This document shows positions 55,970 to 64,000 of a stretch of DNA of 64,000 nucleotides, in pieces. Origin of the DNA: Patescibacteria group bacterium (GTDB taxonomy: Bacteria; Patescibacteriota; Patescibacteriia; Magasanikbacterales; JBBTQS01); contig JBBTQS010000001.1 of NCBI GenBank assembly GCA_038065555.1, positions 128,741-192,740 on the forward strand, given 5' to 3'. A program made the translations under genes and the position numbers. Within the stretch, counting starts at the first letter, position 1. Each line of letters begins with the position of its first letter. Under the pieces are notes generated by a model. That model made no database searches. It was not told where the DNA came from and saw nothing but the letters and a program-made list of their open reading frames with translations.

Positions 55970-56813
55970 AGAAAGCGTATTTTTGTGCGAGCCGGAGCAT
56001 TTCGCGGTTCTTGGGTAAGAGATCTTTTTGCATGGCAAGTGGGAACGTGTACCACCCAGTAGAGAGCACCTCACGTGAGGAAATGCGCAAATGAGACGGA
56101 AGTAGAGTACACAGGTACGGCATCAATACGACCTGCACTCTCCCCCAATCATACACCTTGTAGTTGGTGTAGATGCGCGAGAGCAATCGCTCGGGGCGTA
56201 CGGAGTATCCGGTCTCCTCTTTGACCTCACGAACCAGACACGCCTCAACAGTCTCGCCCCACTCAACAGAGCCGCCTGGGAACTCCCACTTCTTGTGGTT
56301 AATCGTTCCAGGATCGTTGCGCTGCTGCAAGAATACCTTACCATTATGGATGATGATCGCAAGCGGCACGAGAAAAACCTTCGCATCTTCTGAAACTTTC
56401 TTTGTTTTTTGTGTTTTTTTGATCTCGGTGCTCTTGTACTGGTCTTCGTGGAACGAATCAAGTCTCACCACGCGTGTGGAGAGTCCAAGTGAGCGAATAC
56501 GGTCAGCTAATCCGTCCACGAAGGCATGCTGATCATACCCGAGTGCAATGATGTCAGGTTTGATCTGGCGTAGTGATGCGTACATGTCTGCGGTGTCGCC
56601 CAGCTGCACTTCTGTAACGCACTTGAGCTCACGCACCAGAGCCATGCGAGCTGATTCGTCGAGCGCAGGCTTGTGATGCTTGACCTTGGTAACCGTGCTA
56701 TTGCGCGCAATGACAACCGTAAGACTATCCCCCAGCTTGCGAGCAGAGGTGAGAAAATGAATGTGCCCAGGATGGAGAAAATCAAATGTCCCGAAAACGA
56801 GGACTTTTTTCAT
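55962..56813 (-). CDS. Bifunctional cytidylyltransferase-like (HxGH nucleotidyltransferase) / NUDIX hydrolase fusion protein.
   Basis: N-terminal GTFDFLHPGHIHFL (CTP_transf-like Rossmann domain, RibL/TagD/NadM type). C-terminal NUDIX box GGSVEWGETVEACLVREVKEETG. Confidence 0.7.
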   Translation of the reverse strand: MKKVLVFGTFDFLHPGHIHFLTSARKLGDSLTVVIARNSTVTKVKHHKPALDESARMALVRELKCVTEVQLGDTADMYASLRQIKPDIIALGYDQHAFVDGLADRIRSLGLSTRVVRLDSFHEDQYKSTEIKKTQKTKKVSEDAKVFLVPLAIIIHNGKVFLQQRNDPGTINHKKWEFPGGSVEWGETVEACLVREVKEETGYSVRPERLLSRIYTNYKVYDWGRVQVVLMPYLCTLLPSHLRISSREVLSTGWYTFPLAMQKDLLPKNREMLRLAQKYAFYD

Positions 56814-56827
56814 ACGGAAGAAGGAGC

Positions 56828-57655
56828 TTATTGCTGCAACAAGGTCACGAGCTGTCGCGAAGAGAGTGAGGAAAGTGCACGGTTAGCGGATACATCAGAT
56901 CCACAGATCAACATTTTGGAGCTGTGGTGCAAATACCAGTCTGCATCTGGTTCGAGTGTGCGCACTGCTGTCGCTACACGAGTCAGATCAACACGGGAAT
57001 CATTACGTGACTTGATAGACAAGTAGTGTGTCGCAGGATTGCTGTATACAAACAGTACATAGTCTTGCGCATACGCAATGCGCGCGACTACCTTGGAACT
57101 CACGGTTGTGGTCACTGCAACACCCTTCCCCCACTTGGTCGTGAATTCCTTGCGCTTTTTCCAGTCACGCATGCACCATTCTTTTTCGAGCAGTCCTTCG
57201 TAGACACCGGCAAGATATTGCTCGCCGAACTGGAGCGCGCCCTCTGACCCCTCCCCTGTTACGCGACCCAAATACGTGAAGACTGAACCGATCATGAATT
57301 CGCGTGTTGGTGAGGCGAAGAGCATGCCGTGATCCTCTTCGTTGACGTACGCAACAAGTGCGTCCATGGCTTTGCGCTCTTCGGGGGTTTTGACAGCACA
57401 CTCCGGTTGCTTCTTGCAGTATTTCCAGACGAGCGTCGTCGCGCTATCTGCACGATCGCCCTTGTGCTCATCAAACTGACCACGTCCTACACCAATTGCC
57501 ATTCGGTCTGCGCTGTCCTTGCGTGTATAAGAAGCGTCTGCCGCAATGAACTCAACACGCGCCTTCTTCCATGCAGGAAGTGCGCGGCGAAGTACCCAAA
57601 TAGCTGCGACATCATCGAGGTGTGGATTCTTGTGCGTGACGAAGAGCTTGGGCAT
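56828..57655 (-). CDS. Hypothetical protein, possibly a metal-dependent phosphoesterase/hydrolase (MYG1/UPF0160- or DHH-like N-terminal motif).
   Basis: N-terminal FVTHKNPHLDDVAAIWVL and GRGQFDEH His/Asp motifs. Weak assignment. Confidence 0.3.
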   Translation of the reverse strand: MPKLFVTHKNPHLDDVAAIWVLRRALPAWKKARVEFIAADASYTRKDSADRMAIGVGRGQFDEHKGDRADSATTLVWKYCKKQPECAVKTPEERKAMDALVAYVNEEDHGMLFASPTREFMIGSVFTYLGRVTGEGSEGALQFGEQYLAGVYEGLLEKEWCMRDWKKRKEFTTKWGKGVAVTTTVSSKVVARIAYAQDYVLFVYSNPATHYLSIKSRNDSRVDLTRVATAVRTLEPDADWYLHHSSKMLICGSDVSANRALSSLSSRQLVTLLQQ

Positions 57656-57664
57656 AGTGTGGTA

Positions 57665-59149
57665 TTAGCTGCGTGGACGCATGGTTGGGAAGAGAATCAC
57701 TTCCTTGATCGATGCTGCACCTGTGAAGAGCATGGCCATGCGATCGATTCCTACACCTGCGCCAGTAGTTGGTGGCATTCCGTGCGCCATTGCTTCGATG
57801 AAGTCGTCATCAGTCTGTTGTACATCTTCAATTCCCTTTCCTTCTTTTTCCTTCGCTGCCTCTGCATCAAATCGCTTGCGAAGTTCGAGAGGATCATTGA
57901 GCTCGCTGTAGTTATTCCCCTGTTCCTGTCCGAGTACATAGTGTTCAAACCGTTCCACAAACCGTGGATCTGCAGCAGACTGCTTCGCAAGAGGCGAAGA
58001 CTCTACAGGGTAATCATACACGATCGTCGGCTGAATGAGCGTATGCTCAACACGATCTTCGAACAACACGGTGAGCAGATCACCCACTGACAACGCTGTC
58101 TCAACGCGATATGGCTCCTCAGGCTTGCATTCAAGTGCTGCCTTTTTCGCCTGAGCAAGTGTGTCGTTGGTCCATGCGTGATAATCCCAGCCAGTTGCTT
58201 CGCGTACTGCGTCCACCATAGTCACACGGCGCCAAGGAGCCTTGACCTCGATGAGGTGTTCGCCATGTGGGAGTTGTGTTGTGCCGAAGAGCTTTTGTGC
58301 GCAGAATTCGTACACGCGCTCGATGAGCGACATGTTGTACCGATAATCTTCGTACGCGCACATAGTCTCGAGCATAGTGAACTCTGGATTGTGCTTGAAG
58401 CTCACTCCTTCGTTGCGGAAAATTCGGCCAATCTCAAAAACTCGCTCCATACCACCGACAACAAGTCTCTTGAGATAGAGTTCTGTTGAGATGCGAAGAT
58501 AGAGTTGCAAATCGAGCGTGTGGTGATGTGTGACAAACGGACGTGCCGATGTACCACCGTAGAGCGGTTGTAACACGGGCGTCTCTACTTCGACATATCC
58601 TTCGTTGTAGAGAAACTCACGAATGTACTGCACCATCTTGCTACGAATCATGAAGCGCTTGTACACTTCTTCGTTGGCAACAAGGTCTAAGTAGCGCTGG
58701 CGGTAGCGAATCTCCGTGTCAGCAAGACCGTGCCACTTCTCAGGGAGCGGCAAAAGCGCCTTCGTGAGAAGTGTATACGATTGCACCTGGAGACTCTTCT
58801 CTCCACGCTTGGTGATCATCGCAACACCGTGAACACTCACGAAGTCTGCGCGATCAATGAGCTCGAGAAACTGTTCATACGCAGTGTCCCCTACATGCTC
58901 CTTCTTGATGAAGAGTTGTACTGAACCGCTCTGATCTTTGATGGTTGCAAATGTGACACCACCTTGTGTACGGATACTCAAAAGTCGACCTGCCAGGCTC
59001 ACTGGGGTCTGTCCTTCGAGGATTACTTCGAACTGCTCGAGATACGCTGCAACGGTGTGCGAATGTGTAGCGGTCGACGGGTACGCCTGCCACCCAAGCT
59101 CTGCAATACGCGCGAGCTTGCCTACGCGGATATCATATTCTGACTGCAT
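57665..59149 (-). CDS. lysS: Lysyl-tRNA synthetase (class II).
   Basis: N-terminal OB anticodon-binding domain and class II core motifs (FRNEGVSFKHNPEFTMLE, GIDRMAMLFTG). Confidence 0.92.
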   Translation of the reverse strand: MQSEYDIRVGKLARIAELGWQAYPSTATHSHTVAAYLEQFEVILEGQTPVSLAGRLLSIRTQGGVTFATIKDQSGSVQLFIKKEHVGDTAYEQFLELIDRADFVSVHGVAMITKRGEKSLQVQSYTLLTKALLPLPEKWHGLADTEIRYRQRYLDLVANEEVYKRFMIRSKMVQYIREFLYNEGYVEVETPVLQPLYGGTSARPFVTHHHTLDLQLYLRISTELYLKRLVVGGMERVFEIGRIFRNEGVSFKHNPEFTMLETMCAYEDYRYNMSLIERVYEFCAQKLFGTTQLPHGEHLIEVKAPWRRVTMVDAVREATGWDYHAWTNDTLAQAKKAALECKPEEPYRVETALSVGDLLTVLFEDRVEHTLIQPTIVYDYPVESSPLAKQSAADPRFVERFEHYVLGQEQGNNYSELNDPLELRKRFDAEAAKEKEGKGIEDVQQTDDDFIEAMAHGMPPTTGAGVGIDRMAMLFTGAASIKEVILFPTMRPRS

Positions 59150-59155
59150 ATGCAG

Positions 59156-59629
59156 CTATGATATCGAAAGAATGGTATATTTGGCAACGCCTGACGGTTT
59201 TTGGACTTCTACAACTTCACCAACTTCACATCCGAGGAACGCTGCGCCAAGTGGTGATTCGTTGGAAATTTTGCCAGCAAGTGGCTGTGCTTCTGCTGAA
59301 CCAACGATCTGGAATTCCTTCTTGGTTTTGTCTTCGGTGCTCACGACAATGCGCGAACCAATTTGTACCGAGACAATTTTTTGTGAAGCGCGCTTCTCCT
59401 CAATCAACATGGATCGGTTGATCATGTCTTCAAGTTCGAGAAGTCGTCCTTGTGCAAATGCCATCTGTTCTTTTGCATCCTGGTATTCAGCATTTTCGGA
59501 CAAGTCGCCGTTTTGTTTTGCATCGTCAATACGACCTGCAATTGCAGGGATTGTTTTCATCTTGAGTATCTCGAATTCAGCCTTGAGTGCCTCGAGTCCT
59601 TCTTTGGAAATGTATACAATTTCAGTCAT
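59156..59629 (-). CDS. greA: Transcription elongation factor GreA.
   Basis: Coiled-coil N-terminus with DLSENAEY acidic tip, FKBP-like C-terminal domain. Start at MTEIVYISKEGL. Confidence 0.9.
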   Translation of the reverse strand: MTEIVYISKEGLEALKAEFEILKMKTIPAIAGRIDDAKQNGDLSENAEYQDAKEQMAFAQGRLLELEDMINRSMLIEEKRASQKIVSVQIGSRIVVSTEDKTKKEFQIVGSAEAQPLAGKISNESPLGAAFLGCEVGEVVEVQKPSGVAKYTILSIS

Positions 59630-59675
59630 AGATTCATGAGGAGTAAACGCAGTATACGGGTCTTTTGGTCGAGTG

Positions 59676-61664
59676 TCAAGAATCGTAGCCAGACCACCAA
59701 ACAAAGAAATCTGCTGCGATCATAGACGCGATCGTCGCACCTTCTTCGCCTTCTTCAACAAGCACCGCGATTGCAATGCGTGGCGACTCGTACGGAGCAA
59801 ATCCAGTGAACCATGCGTGTGGTTGATACACGTTACTCCACTGCGCAGTTCCTGTTTTGCCAGCAACAGCAACGCGTGCTGCTTGGAGACGATACCCCGA
59901 CCCTTCCGTCACCGTCATTCGCATTCCTTCGCGAATAGTCTGGAGATGCTGCGCATCAATCATGTTGCTGTTAAGAACAACAGGCTTCTCCACAACACGA
60001 GGCTGACTCGAGCTATCCCCCAGTGCGTAGAGCAAATGCGGTTTGTACAATGTGCCGCCATTTGCAATAGCTGCAGTTGCCACAGCCATTTGCAATGGGG
60101 TCACCAACAAGTCACCTTGTCCAATCGAAAAGTTGTATGTGTCTCCAATATACCATCGTTCCTTCTTCACTTCTTGCTTCCATGTTGGCGACGGAATAAA
60201 TCCAGCGAATTCTCCCTGAATATCAATGCCCGTCTTGCTCCCAAATCCGAACTGCTGGAGATATGCCGCGATACGCTCTGCGCCGAGTCCCTCCGTCTGC
60301 TCATATCCACCGCCAATAATGTAGAAGAACGTATTCACCGAGTCGGCAATGGCTTTGCGTACGTCTGTCACACCATGTCCACCCGGTCGCCAATCACGGA
60401 AATACCAACGTGAAATCTGCAACCCACCGACACTCAGGAACGTCGTTGACTTTGTGATAATTCCTTCCTGCAATGCAGCAGCAGCAACAAACGGTTTGAT
60501 CACAGACCCTGATGGGAACCGACCACTGATTGCTCGATTGAAAAGAGGCATGTCTGGATCAGCAAGCAGCGCAGCATACGCCTCACTCTTGATTCCCTTG
60601 CTGAACAAGTTGTCGTCATACGCAGGGAGAGACACAAGTCCAAGTACTGCACCAGATCGTGGATCAATCGCCACAGCAGAGGCACGCTTCTTGCCGAGCT
60701 TTTGCATGGCGTTCTTCATCGCGATTTCAAGCTGCGATTGCACTTGGAGATCCAGCGTGAGGTACACACCGGTTCCTGGCACTGATGCCACAGCACTCAC
60801 CTGACGGCCTGGGCGGCCCTGTGCGTTGACTTCGGTGAGAACTTTGCCGTAGGTACCACGCAGGAGATGTTCGTAGGTTTTCTCCACTCCTGACTTCCCT
60901 ACTCGATCGGTTGGGCTATACGCACGATCTGCACGCGTCGTTCCCTGGTCGAGAATCTGTTGCCACTCCTGCGCATTCATTTTGCCGGTATACCCCAGCA
61001 CATGGGAGAGGCTCGCTGCTTTGTCCAGCTGATAATTGCGTGTAAAGGTGCTCTGTACGTACAGTCCAGGAATATCCGCCGCAGCTGCCTGAATACGAAC
61101 CGCATCCTCATACGACACTGCATCCTTCACAATAAGTGAATCACGCCCCGTGAGTTGCGGTGCACCGAAGAGCTCACTCGCTGCTGCAGCGTCAATACCC
61201 AAGAGGTGTTGCAACTTCGCACGACGTTCTGGATACGGGATAATATCACGCGGCGAAATCGCAATAGCAAATGTTGGCACATTTTCGACCAATGCTGCTC
61301 CATTGCGATCATAGACAATGCCGCGCGCAGCAGGTTGCGCATACGTGCGAGTGCGATTGTTCTCTGCGGCGAGAAGGTGCGACCTTCCGTCACCAATTTG
61401 GATGGAACCTATTTTCCAATATAGGAATGCAAGGAGTAACCATCCGAACAATCCTACAACGACAATCTTGTTGCGCGACAGCGCATTCCCAATATAATGC
61501 TCACGAAATTCTGGAAGCGCGCGATCTGCATCATCGCGATGGGGTGCAAATTGCTCGGTAACCCACTCCAGGCGAAATCTCCCGCGCAATCCGAAATATC
61601 TCTGCGACCCTTCGGAGGAGAGAAAGAGATCAGTATCTGCACGAGGTTTGGACCAAAAAGCCAT
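59676..61664 (-). CDS. mrdA: Penicillin-binding protein 2 (elongasome transpeptidase MrdA).
   Basis: N-terminal TM, dimerisation domain, SVIKPF (SxxK), SGN/SVN and KTGTA. Adjacent to mreBCD. Confidence 0.9.
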   Translation of the reverse strand: MAFWSKPRADTDLFLSSEGSQRYFGLRGRFRLEWVTEQFAPHRDDADRALPEFREHYIGNALSRNKIVVVGLFGWLLLAFLYWKIGSIQIGDGRSHLLAAENNRTRTYAQPAARGIVYDRNGAALVENVPTFAIAISPRDIIPYPERRAKLQHLLGIDAAAASELFGAPQLTGRDSLIVKDAVSYEDAVRIQAAAADIPGLYVQSTFTRNYQLDKAASLSHVLGYTGKMNAQEWQQILDQGTTRADRAYSPTDRVGKSGVEKTYEHLLRGTYGKVLTEVNAQGRPGRQVSAVASVPGTGVYLTLDLQVQSQLEIAMKNAMQKLGKKRASAVAIDPRSGAVLGLVSLPAYDDNLFSKGIKSEAYAALLADPDMPLFNRAISGRFPSGSVIKPFVAAAALQEGIITKSTTFLSVGGLQISRWYFRDWRPGGHGVTDVRKAIADSVNTFFYIIGGGYEQTEGLGAERIAAYLQQFGFGSKTGIDIQGEFAGFIPSPTWKQEVKKERWYIGDTYNFSIGQGDLLVTPLQMAVATAAIANGGTLYKPHLLYALGDSSSQPRVVEKPVVLNSNMIDAQHLQTIREGMRMTVTEGSGYRLQAARVAVAGKTGTAQWSNVYQPHAWFTGFAPYESPRIAIAVLVEEGEEGATIASMIAADFFVWWSGYDS

Positions 61665-61672
61665 AGCGTGTG

Positions 61673-62185
61673 TTATGCGCGACGAACATGATCAAAGACT
61701 CCGAACCGCTGGCTCACCGCGAAGACAGCGAGTGAGCCTGCGAGCGACACACCAATAATAGGAAGTGAACGAATGCCAAACGCTACAAATGAAGTGCCAA
61801 ACGGTTCAGCAGCGCGCACAGCATTCATCATCACCCAGATCAATGCAAAAGCAAACAGTCCAAGTGTCGCCACCACAGCGTATGACCCGAATGACAATCG
61901 AGGAATGAGTCGGATGCACACGAGTCGTACCGTCCAAGCAAGTGCAAGATAGGCTACCGTCATTGTACCAAATGGGTAGGGGCTCATCACGTCAGCAGTA
62001 ATACCCATGAGTAGCGGCCACCATCCGATGCGCTCAAATGCATACCAGCGACTGCGGACCCACCATGGCGCGAGCACAACAGGCACAAGCATCGCATGCC
62101 ACGGAGCCGGCAGCGCACTCACTACACCCAACTGCGTCACGAGCACTCCTACAAACAAAACCAGTTGGAGAAGAAAGATACGCAT
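61673..62185 (-). CDS. mreD: Rod shape-determining protein MreD.
   Basis: 170-aa polytopic membrane protein between mreC and mrdA. Confidence 0.65.
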   Translation of the reverse strand: MRIFLLQLVLFVGVLVTQLGVVSALPAPWHAMLVPVVLAPWWVRSRWYAFERIGWWPLLMGITADVMSPYPFGTMTVAYLALAWTVRLVCIRLIPRLSFGSYAVVATLGLFAFALIWVMMNAVRAAEPFGTSFVAFGIRSLPIIGVSLAGSLAVFAVSQRFGVFDHVRRA

Positions 62186-62187
62186 AG

Positions 62188-62994
62188 CTACGACCCTGAG
62201 CGAGTCAGAATTATGACTTGGCGGAGATTTTCTTGCGCATACCGTACTTGGATGCTTGCACGAAGGAGCTCCGTGTTCGGTTCTTCTTCGAGCTCCTCGA
62301 TGGCACCAATCACAATTCCCGCAGGTATTGCTTCGTCCATTCCTGCAGTCTGGATGAGTGAGCCTTGTCGCAACTGAGCAGACTTGGGGATCAACGTTAG
62401 TTGTGTTGAGAGTCCGAATTGTCCGCGGACCAATCCCACAAGCGTCCCCTGCTCCACTGATGCCCCAGAGATTGCAGACGAAGGATGCGCCAATGTACGC
62501 ACATAGGCACTTGTGTCTGCAACAGAGTGAACGGTACCAACTAGCGCCCCTTCTACTGTGAGTACCGTGTCCCCTGGTCTCACCCCATGTGCAGACCCTT
62601 GGTCAACAAGAACGAGAGACGTATCGAAGCTCATTCCTGTTCCCAACACATTTGCTCCGCGAACCGTGTACGATTTATATCGATCAATCAACGAGAAGGC
62701 GCGCTCGAGATCTGTGCATACCCTCGCTGCAGTTGCTGTTGTTGCCGTCGCTGCCTCCCAGATAAGTCGTTCACGACGAAGCTGCTCGATTTCTGCAATG
62801 AGTTCGTCTTTGGATTTTGCAGTGAGTGAACTGTCTTGGGCGGTTCCTCCCCTTACCCAGGAGGCAACCGGTGACATGAGTCGTACGAGTGGATCTCGCA
62901 ACCACTGGAACCAGGGTGTACGAGTTCCAATAACAACCACTGCCACAGCCCAAACCACCACCCATGCTACTCGTATTCGGTACGATGCGCGCAT
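62188..62994 (-). CDS. mreC: Rod shape-determining protein MreC.
   Basis: N-terminal TM, coiled-coil (ELIAEIEQLRRERL), C-terminal beta-domains with GIVIG motif. Confidence 0.85.
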   Translation of the reverse strand: MRASYRIRVAWVVVWAVAVVVIGTRTPWFQWLRDPLVRLMSPVASWVRGGTAQDSSLTAKSKDELIAEIEQLRRERLIWEAATATTATAARVCTDLERAFSLIDRYKSYTVRGANVLGTGMSFDTSLVLVDQGSAHGVRPGDTVLTVEGALVGTVHSVADTSAYVRTLAHPSSAISGASVEQGTLVGLVRGQFGLSTQLTLIPKSAQLRQGSLIQTAGMDEAIPAGIVIGAIEELEEEPNTELLRASIQVRYAQENLRQVIILTRSGS

Positions 62995-63006
62995 AGGAAG
63001 GAAATA

Positions 63007-64000
63007 TTATCTGCGCTTTCGATTTGACTCTTCGTGTGTCGAAGGAATAGCAATACGTGCCAAAAGATTGAGATCATCCAGAAGCATTCCAGTGCCTCGC
63101 ACAACGCACATCAGTGGATCATCAACGATGCGAACAGGAATACCTGTCGCTGCTGCAATAACCTGATCAATCCCGCGCAAAAGTGCTGTGCCACCTGAGA
63201 GCACGAGCCCACGTTCGTGGATATCTGCAACGATTTCTGGTGGTGTTACTTCGAGTGTTGCTTTGATGTTCTCCACGATCGTCGCGATAGAGCGTGAAAT
63301 AGCGCGGTACACATGCTCACTATCAATCATTACTTCCTTCGGTAGGCCAGAGACTACATCACGACCACGCATGGAGAACTCGATTTTCTCTGGGAGTGGC
63401 TGTGCTGAACCAACGGCGATCTTGATGTTCTCCGCCTGACGATCCCCCAAGAGAAGTCCGAACACCTCACGGGTATACTGCATGATGTTCTTGGTGAGCT
63501 CGTCCCCTGCGATGACACTCGTGCGCCAACTCACAATTCCCTCGAGTGAGATAATAGCTACTTGGGTGTTTCCTGCACCCAGTTGCACTACCATGTTGCC
63601 TGTTGGCTCTTCCACAGACATTCGTGCGCCGATTGCAGCAGCTACTGGCTCCTCTACCACAAACACTTCGCGCGCACCTGCTGCAACAATAGCATCCTCA
63701 ACTGCTTTGCGTTCTACTTCGGTAACACCAAGTGGCACCGTGACAACCACACGCGGACGCGGAACAAACGAGAATTCGTCTTCGTGCACCTTGTCGATAA
63801 AATATTTCACCATGCGCTCCGCAACTTCGAAGTCAGAAATCACGCCCCCTGAGAGTGGGCGTGATGTCATGATGTGGCCTGGTGTCTTGCCGACCATATT
63901 TTTCGCTTCGTTGCCAACAGCGAGAATCTGCTCGGTGCGCATGTTAATGGCAACTACTGACGGCTCATGTACGACAATTCCTTTGTCTTTGACATACACG
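63007..64000 (-). CDS. mreB: Rod shape-determining protein MreB (actin homolog). N-terminus truncated by the window edge.
   Basis: Actin/Hsp70 fold motifs (EPSVVAI, GGGTTD-like VVQLGAGNTQVAII, GIVLSGGTALLRG). The reading frame runs off the window end. Confidence 0.92.
   Translation of the reverse strand, partial: VYVKDKGIVVHEPSVVAINMRTEQILAVGNEAKNMVGKTPGHIMTSRPLSGGVISDFEVAERMVKYFIDKVHEDEFSFVPRPRVVVTVPLGVTEVERKAVEDAIVAAGAREVFVVEEPVAAAIGARMSVEEPTGNMVVQLGAGNTQVAIISLEGIVSWRTSVIAGDELTKNIMQYTREVFGLLLGDRQAENIKIAVGSAQPLPEKIEFSMRGRDVVSGLPKEVMIDSEHVYRAISRSIATIVENIKATLEVTPPEIVADIHERGLVLSGGTALLRGIDQVIAAATGIPVRIVDDPLMCVVRGTGMLLDDLNLLARIAIPSTHEESNRKRR

Noticed and set aside
57329-58090. 253-aa ORF on the plus strand.
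   Set aside because: Antisense to lysS and to the 56828-57655 gene. No motifs; composition is a mirror of the sense-strand genes.
1-64000. Alternative genetic code (e.g. UGA recoding as in some CPR lineages).
   Set aside because: Long ORFs with conserved motifs terminate at TGA/TAA/TAG without in-frame stops, and no ORF requires read-through. Standard code 11 fits.
1-64000. Mobile elements, integrases, toxin-antitoxin pairs, restriction-modification or CRISPR-Cas defence genes.
   Set aside because: No transposase, recombinase, Cas, methyltransferase or nuclease signatures. No direct/inverted terminal repeats or GC-content discontinuity. The tRNA-Glu has no adjacent integrase or att-like duplication.

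Overview
The window is a gene-dense bacterial chromosomal segment, roughly 90% coding with mid-50s %GC, standard genetic code and ATGA/short-overlap gene packing. It is almost entirely housekeeping. No rRNA, CRISPR array, IS element, transposase or integrase was seen, and there is one tRNA, tRNA-Glu(CUC).

Main content, in order:
- Start of window: a partial DedA-family gene, a hypothetical membrane protein, the CCA-adding enzyme, an FtsI-like class B PBP with murF, and an MsbA-type ABC exporter.
- A standalone small membrane protein with its own terminator, a GT4 glycosyltransferase and the tRNA-Glu.
- A znuA-znuC-znuB zinc-uptake operon immediately followed by a cardiolipin synthase-like PLD gene.
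- tsaE, folD, glyA, murC-murB, hpf, secA, maf, secD (carrying an inserted parvulin/PpiC PPIase region) and secF.
- A three-gene module directly downstream of secF: small TM protein, 502-aa two-TM membrane protein, and a soluble VirD4/TraD/TrwB-type coupling-ATPase-family protein with a C-terminal zinc ribbon and a Pro/Gln-rich tail. No other type IV secretion or relaxase genes are nearby. This is the strongest candidate for an undescribed system.
- mnmA, a short alaS, and a GT-C membrane glycosyltransferase.
- The infA-rpmJ-rpsM-rpsK-rpsD-rpoA-rplQ and rplM-rpsI ribosomal/RNAP genes behind a consensus sigma70 promoter. rpoA has no alpha-CTD.
- A flippase/GT4/GT2 glycan locus, fmt-def-priA (priA with degenerate helicase motifs), a LigB-family protein, and two secreted proteins sharing a novel tandem repeat.
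- clpB preceded by a perfect CIRCE element, a GT26 enzyme, gltX, an M23 peptidase, an FtsQ-like protein, serS, a cytidylyltransferase-NUDIX fusion, lysS, greA and mrdA-mreD-mreC-mreB.

Several truncated or degenerate core proteins (RpoA, AlaRS, PriA) suggest a reduced-genome lineage, possibly CPR/Patescibacteria. That placement is inference only.
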